Source: Ignisphaera sp. (GTDB taxonomy: Archaea; Thermoproteota; Thermoprotei_A; Sulfolobales; Ignisphaeraceae). Taken from it: a DNA stretch of 55,611 nt. Positions within the stretch are counted from its first letter, which is position 1. Each line of letters begins with the position of its first letter. The position numbers were made by a program, and so were the translations under genes. The DNA is taken from positions 1 to 55,611 of the forward strand of contig JAWBDT010000013.1 of NCBI GenBank assembly GCA_038821645.1, read 5' to 3'. This document shows, one piece after another, positions 1 to 10,637 of this stretch. The notes under the pieces are model-generated. The model worked only from the letters and a program-made list of their open reading frames with translations. It did no database searches and was not told where the DNA came from.

Positions 1-634
1 TTTCTCAAACTTCTCATATAAAACAGATAGATAATTCTGTATTTAGACTTTGATTAGATCCAAGACTAAATACCGTTAAACCAATGATTCCAAGAAAACC
101 CAAGTGATTCAATAAGATTCTCTAGATTCTGTTCAAAACCTTTAAAGGTCTACCTCTATTCAATTTACATAGCTTTAGTTTATGATTAATACTTAATCTT
201 GTTATCTCACCTAGAGCAGATACACTAACACATAACCCAATACCTAGACTAGGGTGACTGAAAATTAATATAGTATTCATTTGTTTAGATAGTTGAAATC
301 TCTAGAACAGATCTCGATAATAGAGTTTGAGAGGAGAAGTTGTTGAAGAAATGTATTCAAGGTTAATAACTATGCTGTTCATCTATAGCGGTAGTGGTTG
401 TCTATGTCCATCATCTAGGTTATTTTAGTTTCTTAGGTTTTCTGATACAGAAATAACCAGAAGACCAAGAATTGAACAATCTATGTATAGTCTATATAGT
501 TTTTTGCAATAGGTTACGATATATACTGAGTCTTCTAACCGTCTTAGATATTCATTAATATCTGCTACATCAATTATGTTGATTAAAGGTTAAGATTTTG
601 CAGAAAATGTATTGTGAGTGTATTGGGTGGTGAT

Positions 635-2461
635 ATGGGTGGAATTTTTGGTATTGTTTCTCGTGATAAACGTAATATTGTTGATATAGTTGTTCGTGGG
701 GTCAAGGTGCTTGAGTATAGAGGTTTTGATGGTAGTGGTCTAGCTGTACTAGTTGATGGAGATATCAAGATATTTAAAGATGCTGTAAAAATCGATATAC
801 TGAAGGAGAGGTATAGACTTAATGAAATCTCTAGTTGGATTGCTTTAGGACATACTAGATATGCTACCCATGGAAAACCGCATAAAGAGAATACTCAGCC
901 TCATAGCGATTGCTATAACCATATAGCAGTTGTTGGAGATGGTGCTATTGCAAATTATGAGAAACTGAGGGACGAGGCTATATTTAGAGAACATAGAGTT
1001 GTTTCACGTTGTGATTTCGAGATTGTTGCTCATCTAATTGAGGATGAGCTTAAGAAAGTTTCTAGTTTCTTAGATGCATTGATTAATGTGGTGAAAAAGG
1101 TCTCAGGCTTCAATAGTTTTGCTGTTCTATATCCTAAATGCAACTGTATTGCTGTATATACATCATTAGCACCAATATTTTTAGGAGCATCAAGTAACTT
1201 ATTTGCGGTATCCTCTGGCAAAGGCGCTCTATATGGTGTAGTAGATTCGTATACTGTTCTAGAGAGAAATGAGGTAGCGATAATTACTGAAGAATGTATT
1301 GAGATTTATAATGCTCTAGATGCTAGAAGAATACAGAAAGACTTTAGAAAACTTGATATAGATCCCAACTATATTGATAAAGACGGATATCCTCATCACA
1401 TGCTTAGAGAAATATATGAAATACCTTACTCTATATCTAGAACAGTATCATCTGTACAGGAGAAGTATCTAACACTTGCAGCAAGACTTATTTCAGATGC
1501 TAAAAACCTCTTCATTATAGGTAATGGAACAAGCCTTCACGCAGGTCTAGTCGCCTCCTACTATTTCTCTGAACTTGCTGACATAAACTCAATTGTTGTA
1601 AGTGCAGCAGAATTCCCGTTATACTATGTAGATAATGTTTCTCCAGGTACTGTAGTTGTAGCTATTTCGCAATCGGGTGAAACAAGAGATGTTATACAGT
1701 CTGTTTATGAAGCTAAGATCAGAGGCGCAACTATTGTGGGTATAACGAATCATATAGGCTCTAGACTAGCCAATCTATCTAACCTCTATCTACCTGTAGC
1801 AGCAGGACCTGAAATCGCTATTCCTGCTACAAAAACCTTCACATCAACACTAGCTCTTCTCTATATGCTATCACTAAAAGCCTCAAGCTATATAGGGAAG
1901 ATGACTGAATCTGAATATAGAGAACGTATAGATGGATTAAGATCTTTTAGCGAAATGCTGATGAATCATATGCATAGAATAGATGTAGAATCATCAAATG
2001 CAGCTAAATATATAGTTGACTGTAGAAGTGGGTACATCACATCAAGAGGCATAACCTATCCAATAGCTCTAGAAGGAGCCTTAAAGTTTAAGGAAACAGC
2101 ATATATCCATGCTGAAGGTGTAGAAACTGGCGAATTTAGACATGGTCCTCAGTCACTGATAGAGAGAGACATATTTACAATATTTCTTGTACCAGTTGAG
2201 AAATCAGCTATACCCTCTACCTATGAGCTTATCCAGCTTGCTCTCAATAGAGGTGCTAAAACAATTGTTATAGGATTCAATATAGAACAACAGCTAGACA
2301 ACATTCAGAAAGGTATCGTGATCCAGGTACCATATTCTGAAAGACATCTAGCACCTATAGTTATGACACTACCGCTTCAGTTCATGGCATATAGATTAGG
2401 TGTATTATTGGAAAGACCTATAGATACACCAAGATATTTATCAAAGACTGTAGCTCACTAG
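635..2461 (+). CDS. glmS: GlmS-like protein (Ntn glutaminase domain + 2 SIS domains) lacking catalytic Cys1; probable GlcN-6-P deaminase/isomerase
   Basis: ATG at 635 after GGTGGTGAT gives MGGIFG (canonical MCGIFG); motifs LEYRGFDGSG, GHTRYATHG, SQSGET, ATKTFTS, LKFKE, GEFRHGP and C-terminal PRYLSKTV. Confidence 0.9.
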   Translation: MGGIFGIVSRDKRNIVDIVVRGVKVLEYRGFDGSGLAVLVDGDIKIFKDAVKIDILKERYRLNEISSWIALGHTRYATHGKPHKENTQPHSDCYNHIAVVGDGAIANYEKLRDEAIFREHRVVSRCDFEIVAHLIEDELKKVSSFLDALINVVKKVSGFNSFAVLYPKCNCIAVYTSLAPIFLGASSNLFAVSSGKGALYGVVDSYTVLERNEVAIITEECIEIYNALDARRIQKDFRKLDIDPNYIDKDGYPHHMLREIYEIPYSISRTVSSVQEKYLTLAARLISDAKNLFIIGNGTSLHAGLVASYYFSELADINSIVVSAAEFPLYYVDNVSPGTVVVAISQSGETRDVIQSVYEAKIRGATIVGITNHIGSRLANLSNLYLPVAAGPEIAIPATKTFTSTLALLYMLSLKASSYIGKMTESEYRERIDGLRSFSEMLMNHMHRIDVESSNAAKYIVDCRSGYITSRGITYPIALEGALKFKETAYIHAEGVETGEFRHGPQSLIERDIFTIFLVPVEKSAIPSTYELIQLALNRGAKTIVIGFNIEQQLDNIQKGIVIQVPYSERHLAPIVMTLPLQFMAYRLGVLLERPIDTPRYLSKTVAH

Positions 2462-2740
2462 AAATACAAACCATTTTAAATCTATATTTTCTGGAATTCC
2501 ACAACTTTACCAAGACTCTGAGACTTAGAATCAATAGCTGGTTCTACTACCGAGGGCTATTCTTCAGAAGGTGCAATATCTAGAGACAATCACATATAAT
2601 GTTTCAATAGAAAGAGGAATTTAAATGCTTAGCTATATACTATATAGGATAACTGGTTAAAGCTCTATAACAAGCTCTATCTACTGTATCATTAGTGGAA
2701 GGATCTTGTGTATTGTAGAGTAGATAATGTAATGCTTAGT

Positions 2741-3952
2741 TTATTTATCTAGTACTTTCTCGCCTTCGATATAGACTTTTCTAATCCTATAGTTTTCATC
2801 TATAGCCACTATATCGGCTAGATACCCTATCTCTATCTTACCTACCTTAAGCTTTGATTCTAGATCTAAGCTTTTAACTGGTATTGTGCTACTCATTTTA
2901 GCTACATCTACTATGTTAAAGCCTAGATCTAGAAGATTTCTAAAAGCTTTATCCATGGTCAGTACGCTTCCAGCTAACACATCTCTGTCAAATAACTTAG
3001 CTACTCCTTGTTCAACACGTATCCTTAGATCCCCAAGACTATACTCACCATCGCTTAATCCTGTAGCTGCTATAGCATCTGTTATCAATACTATTCTATC
3101 TGTACCTGCATACTTTACTACATGTCTAATTATAGCTGGATGGAGGTGTACATAATCAGCTATAATTTCTAGATATACTGAAGGATTCTCGATTAGAGCT
3201 AAAGCTATACCTGGGTCTCTGTGATGAAACTTCTTCATACCGTTGAATAGATGTGTAGCCTTGGTTACACCACTCTCTATAGCCTTGACCCCTTCTTCAT
3301 AAGAAGCATTTGTATGACCAGCACTAACAACTATACCGATCTGTTTTACATAACGGATAAAGTTGATACAGTTCTCAATCTCTGGAGCTACTGTGACTTG
3401 GATCACACTATTGTTAGAAGCTTCAACAAGTTCTCTAAGTTCTTGAATACTTGGCCTCCTGATGTATCTAGGGTTATGTGCTCCAGCCATTTCCTTATTG
3501 ATGTAGGGACCTTCTAGATGGAGACCAAGGATTCTAGCACCATGTACTGGTCTCCACATAGCTTTAGCGTTATGTATAGCTTTACATACAGCTAGAAGAG
3601 TATCGTGAGGTGCAGAAACAGTTGTTGGAGTAAAAGAGGTTACACCGTATTTGACAAGTCTATGCCCAATCTCTAGAAGAGCTTCAGGTTCTGAATTCCA
3701 TGTTACATCAATTCCTTCAACTCCATGTATATGTGTATCAATAAATCCTGGTAAAACAGTATAACCATCTAAATCCTCACTCTCGATGTTTGGATATGGT
3801 GGAGATCCTCTACCTATATCTATGATTCTGCCTCTATCTATCACTACATATCCATTATCAATAACTCCACATTCTCTAACTATTTTAGTATTCCTCAACA
3901 CATACATATACGCAACACTATATCTATATCGTTTTAACCGGTTTACAGTCAA
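2741..3952 (-). CDS. nagA: N-acetylglucosamine-6-phosphate deacetylase (start may be ATG at 3907)
   Basis: PGFIDTHIHG, HLEGPY, GHT, THLFNGM, ITDA, LAGS motifs. Confidence 0.93.
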   Translation of the reverse strand: MTVNRLKRYRYSVAYMYVLRNTKIVRECGVIDNGYVVIDRGRIIDIGRGSPPYPNIESEDLDGYTVLPGFIDTHIHGVEGIDVTWNSEPEALLEIGHRLVKYGVTSFTPTTVSAPHDTLLAVCKAIHNAKAMWRPVHGARILGLHLEGPYINKEMAGAHNPRYIRRPSIQELRELVEASNNSVIQVTVAPEIENCINFIRYVKQIGIVVSAGHTNASYEEGVKAIESGVTKATHLFNGMKKFHHRDPGIALALIENPSVYLEIIADYVHLHPAIIRHVVKYAGTDRIVLITDAIAATGLSDGEYSLGDLRIRVEQGVAKLFDRDVLAGSVLTMDKAFRNLLDLGFNIVDVAKMSSTIPVKSLDLESKLKVGKIEIGYLADIVAIDENYRIRKVYIEGEKVLDK

Positions 3953-3953
3953 T

Positions 3954-4910
3954 CTATACTTCTAGACTCATTATCAAGTAATGCTTTATCCGCGTAATAC
4001 CGGGGACTTGGGTATAGAAGAACAAGTGTGTAGTCCAGGTTACCACAGAGTATCTATGGCCAGCAAGCTTCATTTCGCTTAACGCTCTAAACAGCAAGAC
4101 ACTACCGATACCTAAACCCCTAAACTTTCCATCAACACCTATAGGCCCAAACTCGTTCCTCCCCATTCTGTTATATACAGCAAAACCTATGAACTCGTTA
4201 TTTGTTTCAGCCAACAATATTGATGGAGGATTATTCCTAAATGCGTAAAGAGTCTCTACACCCCAAAACGGGTTACCAAAAGCCTCCTTAACCCATTTAA
4301 CTATAGCCTCTTCATCAGATTCGCTACCTCTTCTAATCGTTATCCCCTTACTTCTTATAGCCTCTTCTATCTTCATGATTCTTCGTGGGTAATAGAATTG
4401 CGTGAGATCAACTTCATAATTCACATTTTCTGAGATCTTCTTAAAGCCTAGTTCTTCGAAGAATTCTATATAGTCTTCATACAGCACGTTTACTCCAGGC
4501 ATGAAATAGAATGGTGCATAAGCATATAGAATCACCTTCTTCTTGCCTAAGCCATCTAGTGAATTCAGGAAGAACTTCATAAGATCTAGCTGTATATTCT
4601 TCAATAGGTCTCTATCTAGATCAGGATCTACAGCAAAATCTTTAACCCATATAGTGTCTCTAGAATTCTCTACAGCCTCTATAGGCTCCTTCGATATATC
4701 TACTCCTACCAGAAACCCTAGAACATGGCCCTTACCATCTATAGCTACATATATTAGATCTTCTCTAGCATTAGGATCTTTAGTCACAAAATTTAGGAAA
4801 GGGTATGTATCTACAGTATCGTAGGTGAATGCTTTATTATGAATTCTACACATCTCTAGAAAAATATTCTTATCTCTCAGCTCCAGATACGTAGATATCC
4901 TATAGTACAT
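3954..4910 (-). CDS. Tandem GNAT N-acetyltransferase
   Basis: C-terminal acetyl-CoA motif FGPIGVDGKFRGLGIG; N-terminal degenerate GNAT (FAVDPD...FFEELGF); 318 aa. Confidence 0.8.
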   Translation of the reverse strand: MYYRISTYLELRDKNIFLEMCRIHNKAFTYDTVDTYPFLNFVTKDPNAREDLIYVAIDGKGHVLGFLVGVDISKEPIEAVENSRDTIWVKDFAVDPDLDRDLLKNIQLDLMKFFLNSLDGLGKKKVILYAYAPFYFMPGVNVLYEDYIEFFEELGFKKISENVNYEVDLTQFYYPRRIMKIEEAIRSKGITIRRGSESDEEAIVKWVKEAFGNPFWGVETLYAFRNNPPSILLAETNNEFIGFAVYNRMGRNEFGPIGVDGKFRGLGIGSVLLFRALSEMKLAGHRYSVVTWTTHLFFYTQVPGITRIKHYLIMSLEV

Positions 4911-5041
4911 ATACTCGAAACCCTTTAGAGAACTATGTTCAGCAAAATTAAAATAGTTATTTTATCACTATAGATACGGTTTTAGTTTAGATCGAAGATA
5001 GGGTACCTAATTATTGTAGCTTTATATGGTGAGTGTAGAGA

Positions 5042-6748
5042 TTGAATAGAGGTAGACCAATTCTAGTCCCTGAACCTAAGAAGATTAGATTTAGCGGTAG
5101 ATGGTATAATTTCAATGGATTTACGAATATGTCTAGTTTCCTGATGAAGGAGTTTGGTGTTTCTTTAGGTAGATGGGAGATAATTAGAGAAGGAGTTGAT
5201 GTAGATAAAGTCTATATAGTTGTTGAAGAGAATAGGGTTAGATTCTATGGTGATGAGAGAATAGCTTATGCAACAATACTTCAGCTTGTTAAACAGTATA
5301 GAGATAGGTTACCTGAGGTAGAGATCGAGGAGAAGATGAGCTTCAGGTTCAGAGGTTTTCATCTCGATGTTGCTAGAGGAGGTGTTCCTACTGTAGAGAC
5401 TTTAAAGAAAATACTTAGGTTGCTTTTCTTATTGAAGTACAATTATTTTGCACTATACCTAGAAGATCTGTTTCCTTGGAACAAGTATCCAGATATAGGT
5501 GTTCTGAGGGGGAGGTATACTGAAGATGAGCTTAGAGAAGTAGTAGAATATGGTCTCAAACTCGGTATAGAAGTGTTTCCCTCTCTAGAACTCTGTGGAC
5601 ATATGGAGAACATATTATTGTTACCTTCATACAGTATGCTTAGTGAGTGGTGGCACCCTAGAGAAGGGGTGATAAATGTTATCGATAATAGAGCTAGAGA
5701 GTTTGTTCACAATCTTCTTGAAGAAGTTCTGAACTTTTTCCCAGGAAGGTATATACATATCGGTGGTGATGAGGTATGGGCTTTAGGTAGAGGAAGATCT
5801 CTAGATGTAACAAGAGAGTTCAGAGGGCCACAGCTATATGAGGAATACTATAGAGAGCTAATCAATATAGTTAGATCAAAAGGCAAGATTCCTATGATAT
5901 GGGGAGACATGATAATGTCTGCTTACATGAGGGAGGATGAAGCTAGATACTGGAGAAAACTCATAGAGAGCAGTATTTGGAGAGACACAATAATCGTTAA
6001 CTGGGACTATGGTGTTAATCCCAAGAACTATTTTGTGGAGAAGATAAGAATCCTCAGCACAAGAGGATTAAAACAAATAGTGGCTCCAGGTCTCTGGAAC
6101 TGGAATAGATTCTATCCAGACTTTATAACAGCATTAAGCAACATAGAGAGTTTCTTATCAGCAGCTAGAGAAGAAGGTGTAGAAGGTTTTCTAATTACTG
6201 CATGGGGAGACGATGGAGCAGAATGTCTCTTCTCTTTTCTAGAACCTCTACTACTAGCATCAATCGAGATAGCAGAAGGTACTGGTGAATGGGAAGATAA
6301 GTGGGTATCACTAATAGGTGAAGATCCCAAGGTACTCAATGTTAGAAAGATATTCGGTAAAGTTTCTACAGTAGTCCATAGATGGAGAGAGTATTGGGGT
6401 ATATGGCTTCCAAAACATGTGCTATTCAAAACCGATATACTTAAGCTTGTAAAGTACTATAGTAGAGAAGATATAGAAAAACTAGTGCCCCAGCTCGAGG
6501 AAGCTATAAATATGTCGAAAGATGTAGAACTACCACCCGATCTAGACTTCATGAAACGATTCTATATAGCTACACTAAAAGCTATCAAGAACAACATATC
6601 TGTTCAAGATTACATAGAACTCTCTAATATCTATACAAGACTATGGCTTAACGAGAGAAAAATCCAAGGACTTGATGCAATAATCAAAAAGTTTTGGGGT
6701 GCGGCAGGAGTAACAAGAATAGAGAATATCAATGCTCAGGACCTATAG
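5042..6748 (+). CDS. GH20 beta-N-acetylhexosaminidase
   Basis: RGFHLDVAR, ELCGH, catalytic HIGGDE, WGD, NWDY, TAWGD motifs. Confidence 0.9.
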   Translation: MNRGRPILVPEPKKIRFSGRWYNFNGFTNMSSFLMKEFGVSLGRWEIIREGVDVDKVYIVVEENRVRFYGDERIAYATILQLVKQYRDRLPEVEIEEKMSFRFRGFHLDVARGGVPTVETLKKILRLLFLLKYNYFALYLEDLFPWNKYPDIGVLRGRYTEDELREVVEYGLKLGIEVFPSLELCGHMENILLLPSYSMLSEWWHPREGVINVIDNRAREFVHNLLEEVLNFFPGRYIHIGGDEVWALGRGRSLDVTREFRGPQLYEEYYRELINIVRSKGKIPMIWGDMIMSAYMREDEARYWRKLIESSIWRDTIIVNWDYGVNPKNYFVEKIRILSTRGLKQIVAPGLWNWNRFYPDFITALSNIESFLSAAREEGVEGFLITAWGDDGAECLFSFLEPLLLASIEIAEGTGEWEDKWVSLIGEDPKVLNVRKIFGKVSTVVHRWREYWGIWLPKHVLFKTDILKLVKYYSREDIEKLVPQLEEAINMSKDVELPPDLDFMKRFYIATLKAIKNNISVQDYIELSNIYTRLWLNERKIQGLDAIIKKFWGAAGVTRIENINAQDL

Positions 6749-7305
6749 ATACCGTAGCCATGTGAAATGATGTTTAACAATATAGCAGTAGAGTCTAGTT
6801 AAAGACACCTACATATCTCTTAATATATTGGTCACTGTGAGTTGTTTTAAAATTTTGTTGATTTCTGGATTATACTTTGTTATTGTTTTTGTTGGTTTAT
6901 CTACTTTTGTTGTTCATTATCTTATTTTAGAGATGTTTATTTGAGGTGGTATGTTAATGGTTTAAGGTTTATTTAGATAGATTTGTTGGTTAACTATCTT
7001 ATGCTTGAGACTAATGTGTTAAGAAGCTTTACTCTAGTTACTGAATTACGTGTATAACTTATGATGGATTTCATTGCCGTAATTCTATATGATTTACCTT
7101 TGTAGAGAACATGCTTTTGCTAGGTCTTGCTCTTTCCATTGAGTAACCTCTGCATCTCAATCTATGTAGATAACTTAATAAATGTTTTGATAAGGATTTA
7201 TGTAATAGGACTTCTAGTTTGGTTTGAGATTTTAGAGATAGATAAACAGTTTAATACTACTTTAATCTGTTATACATTATATGAATAACTAGTATCGTGA
7301 TATAT

Positions 7306-7689
7306 ATGGTATCTCGCTTTAGGGATTGGTTAAGACAGTCAGAGAGAAATATGGTATCTGCTGTAGCTAACTATCGTGAAGGAATATATGAGGAAGTATG
7401 TTTTGAATCACATCAAGCTGCTGAAAAAGCTATAAAAGCGCTTTTGAATTATCTCAATAAGGAAAGAAGAGGCCATTCTTTGCTATTCCTTGCATCAGAA
7501 GCATCAATTGAAGTTCCAGAAGAAGTTAGGCGATGTATTTTAGATCTAGATAAACACTATATTCCATCGAGGTATCCAGACATATTTGATGAAGGAGCTC
7601 CACTAGACTACTATACTAAAGAAGATGCCGAGAAATGTCTTTCTTGTGCAAATAAGGTAATTGAGTGGGTGAAATCTATTGTTAAATGA
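7306..7689 (+). CDS. HEPN domain protein (HEPN-MNT toxin-antitoxin-like pair)
   Basis: HQAAEKAIKA...GHSL...YIPSRYPD typical of archaeal HEPN; overlaps MNT gene. Confidence 0.88.
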   Translation: MVSRFRDWLRQSERNMVSAVANYREGIYEEVCFESHQAAEKAIKALLNYLNKERRGHSLLFLASEASIEVPEEVRRCILDLDKHYIPSRYPDIFDEGAPLDYYTKEDAEKCLSCANKVIEWVKSIVK

Positions 7690-8077
7690 TTTAAATACAT
7701 TAGTAGAGAAATATAGGAAGAAACTAGCATTAAGACTTGTGATACTCTTTGGCTCTAGAGCAAGAGGAGACTATACAGATAGAAGCGATATAGATATACT
7801 AGTGGTTGCAGATGATCTACCTAAAGATCCTAGAGAATCATTTGCACTACTTCGCGATACTAGTTTCGTAAATGTTAATCCAATTGGCTTCAATACGGAA
7901 AGCTTTCTTAAAAAACTTAAGGATGGTAGCGCATTCGTTATTGAGGTAATAGAGGATGGAAAGATACTATACATAGATAACGAATTCCTAGATAAGGTAA
8001 TGAAAATATATAGAGATGTAAGAAAAAGATACGCTAGACAAGGAAAGACATGGTACTTGATTTCATCGAAACAATAA
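7679..8077 (+). CDS. Minimal nucleotidyltransferase (MNT)
   Basis: LFGSRARGD...SDIDILVV (GS-x10-DxD). Confidence 0.9.
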   Translation: MLNDLNTLVEKYRKKLALRLVILFGSRARGDYTDRSDIDILVVADDLPKDPRESFALLRDTSFVNVNPIGFNTESFLKKLKDGSAFVIEVIEDGKILYIDNEFLDKVMKIYRDVRKRYARQGKTWYLISSKQ

Positions 8078-8120
8078 GGCTATAGATTAAGTTATCTAAG
8101 TGTCTAGGATAGTGTTGCTT

Positions 8121-9053
8121 ATGGCTAGACCAAGGATAATGCTTAGTGAGTGCTTAGGAGTAAAGTCTGTGAGATATGATGGAAACATAGTGTTTGATTC
8201 ATTTATAGAAATACTTAAGAAGTACGTAGATGTTGTACCTATTTGTCCCGAGGTAGGCATTGGGCTTGGGATTCCTAGAAACCCCTTAGTTCTGCGTAAA
8301 GAAAACAACAATATTGAGCTAATTGATACAGGAACAGGATCTATATACACTAAGCTTTTAGAGAAATTCGCTATAGATGTTTTAGACAAGACAGATGTCG
8401 ATGGAGTTGTACTAAAGTCTGCTAGTCCTTCTTGTGGTGTAGGTGATGCTAAAATATATGGACCAGATAGAAGGGTTGTAGGAAAAGGAGATGGGATATT
8501 TACAGCTACAATAAAGAAGCTTATGCCATGTATTCCGATAGAAAGTGAAAAGAGGCTCTATGCTTACGAAATTAGGGTCAGATTTCTGACGAAGATTTTT
8601 TCGTTTGCTGAACTTAGATCAACACTATCTAACTTAAAATCTATTGAGGAACTTGTAGACTTCCATAGAAAATACAAATACCTAATTATGCTACACAGTC
8701 AAGAGAGTTTAAAAAACTTAGGAAGATTAATTGCAAAAAGAAAAGAATACGTATCTGAGGAGCTAGCTAATAGGTACAGAAAGGAGTTTACGAAGGCATT
8801 GTGTAGAAATCCATCACGAAGATCTTACGTGAATGTGTTTATGCACATATACAGTCATTTAAAGAAAGATTTGAATACAAATGAGAGGAGATACATCATA
8901 GATTTGATCGAGAGATACGGAAACTGTAAAGAAAATCTGAAAACCATTATGATATACTTTCGGGGCTTTATACACAGATTTGAGGATAGTTATCTAGCAG
9001 AACAAAGATTTCTCTTTCCATATCCTGAAGAACTAGATTCTATCTCTCAATAA
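8121..9053 (+). CDS. DUF523 (2-thiouracil desulfurase-like) + DUF1722 protein, YbgA-like
   Basis: SECLG..RYDG, CPEVGIGLGIPR, LKSASPSCG; C-terminal FHRKYKYLIM and YLAEQRFLFPYP. Confidence 0.85.
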   Translation: MARPRIMLSECLGVKSVRYDGNIVFDSFIEILKKYVDVVPICPEVGIGLGIPRNPLVLRKENNNIELIDTGTGSIYTKLLEKFAIDVLDKTDVDGVVLKSASPSCGVGDAKIYGPDRRVVGKGDGIFTATIKKLMPCIPIESEKRLYAYEIRVRFLTKIFSFAELRSTLSNLKSIEELVDFHRKYKYLIMLHSQESLKNLGRLIAKRKEYVSEELANRYRKEFTKALCRNPSRRSYVNVFMHIYSHLKKDLNTNERRYIIDLIERYGNCKENLKTIMIYFRGFIHRFEDSYLAEQRFLFPYPEELDSISQ

Positions 9054-9535
9054 GCTTAAACGTTTAAAATCATTATACTACTAACATTAGATTCAGGTAG
9101 ATGGGTAAATTAGTAAAAAGGCACTCTATAGATGTACCTCGTATAAAATCATTACGAGATTCATACAAATTTAACTGGAGCTATGATTCTAGAACCCTCG
9201 GAAATCGTGTCATGGAAATCTTAAGAATATTTAAGAATATATAGAGAAAGTTATTACGAAAATAGGAAGTTTTTTATTTTTCTTCAGCGGTATCGATAAT
9301 GTGTAGACATGTAGTTGATCAATTCAGATGAACTGAGCTTCATGGGACTAGCTACAAGATGGTACCAGTAAAACTGGTTTGATCACGAGGTAGAAGGTTC
9401 GGGATACAGATAGTGTCTAGATTTAAGAACGTGAACGAATACAATGGAGTTCGATCTATGGTTTGTCTAAATTGCGTGGTACTGAGTGTGATTTGTGTTT
9501 CAGTCTCTTTGTTTATTAAGAAACGGTATCGATCA

Positions 9536-10627
9536 TTAGATTCTCTTTGAAGCTTCCCTATATATTGGGTCTAAGAATACATATTCATCATTTTCCTTAG
9601 TTATTATGCTGAAATTCTCTAGGTTTTTGAGTATGTAGTATAGTCTAGCGTTTGCTAATACCTTACCGGTTTTTGTCTCGATGTAGTTCTTAATACATTT
9701 CCAGGTATTACAGTCTATAGCTATAGCTCTAAGAACATATAGATAGAGTTCTGAGTATTTCTTGAGTTTCGATATCTCTGATAACGCTAATGTGATGGCC
9801 TCCTCAAATACTTCTTCAAGTACATCAAATCTTTTCTTTTGAACAACTGTATAACCATATAGTGCTAACCAGCCTGGTATACCATCAAGTTTCTCGACAA
9901 CAGTCTCTAGGACTTCTTTTGGCGGCGAAAAACCTATCTCATTGAAGCCTACCTCGAGAAACTCTAGCGATTTTTCTTTTGAGAATCTATCTACTGTTAC
10001 TATGTTTTTTACTCTTCCATAGAGCGGGCTTTCAGGATCGCTGAAACCTAGAAATTCGTGTAGTAAACCTACTTCAGAACCAGTTAGAATAAACTTTATG
10101 TTATGTAATGTATCGTAACTCCATGCAATAATTTTCCTTATATCAAGCTTTCTATAACCAGAAAGGAACCTAAGCTCTTGAGCTTCATCAAAAACAACTA
10201 GAAATATTGTTTCATGTTTTTCTGCATATCTATCTAGTTGCTCTAGTATGGAGGAGAAAGATACATCTCTAGAACTATATTCAAACTCTATACCTATCTG
10301 CGAAATTCTAACACCTTTAATCTTCTTAAGGTGATCCTTAAGCTTATCCACTAAACCTCTATACTCGTTAAATCCATCTGCTATAAGTCTAAGAAAACCA
10401 GCTCTAGAGTAACCGTAATCAGAAAGTTTTCTAGCATCTAGATAGAGAGAGGGATATCTATACTCATTCATAAAGGTCCTAATTAGAGAAGTTTTACCAC
10501 TACGTCTAACACCAATACAAAGCGTTATTAGAGGTCCATGTTCAATACTATTCTTGAGCTCCATTAACTCGTTCTCTCTATCGAATAGATCTTTTCTAGA
10601 CTCTTTCGGCTTAGGATCAAAAAGCAT
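9536..10627 (-). CDS. Archaeal ATPase (ATPase_2-type, C-terminal wHTH)
   Basis: MLFDPKPK..LFDRE, Walker A GVRRSGKTS, Walker B VFDEAQ, LTGSEVG, DGIPGWL. Confidence 0.9.
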   Translation of the reverse strand: MLFDPKPKESRKDLFDRENELMELKNSIEHGPLITLCIGVRRSGKTSLIRTFMNEYRYPSLYLDARKLSDYGYSRAGFLRLIADGFNEYRGLVDKLKDHLKKIKGVRISQIGIEFEYSSRDVSFSSILEQLDRYAEKHETIFLVVFDEAQELRFLSGYRKLDIRKIIAWSYDTLHNIKFILTGSEVGLLHEFLGFSDPESPLYGRVKNIVTVDRFSKEKSLEFLEVGFNEIGFSPPKEVLETVVEKLDGIPGWLALYGYTVVQKKRFDVLEEVFEEAITLALSEISKLKKYSELYLYVLRAIAIDCNTWKCIKNYIETKTGKVLANARLYYILKNLENFSIITKENDEYVFLDPIYREASKRI

Positions 10628-10637
10628 TAACTACACC

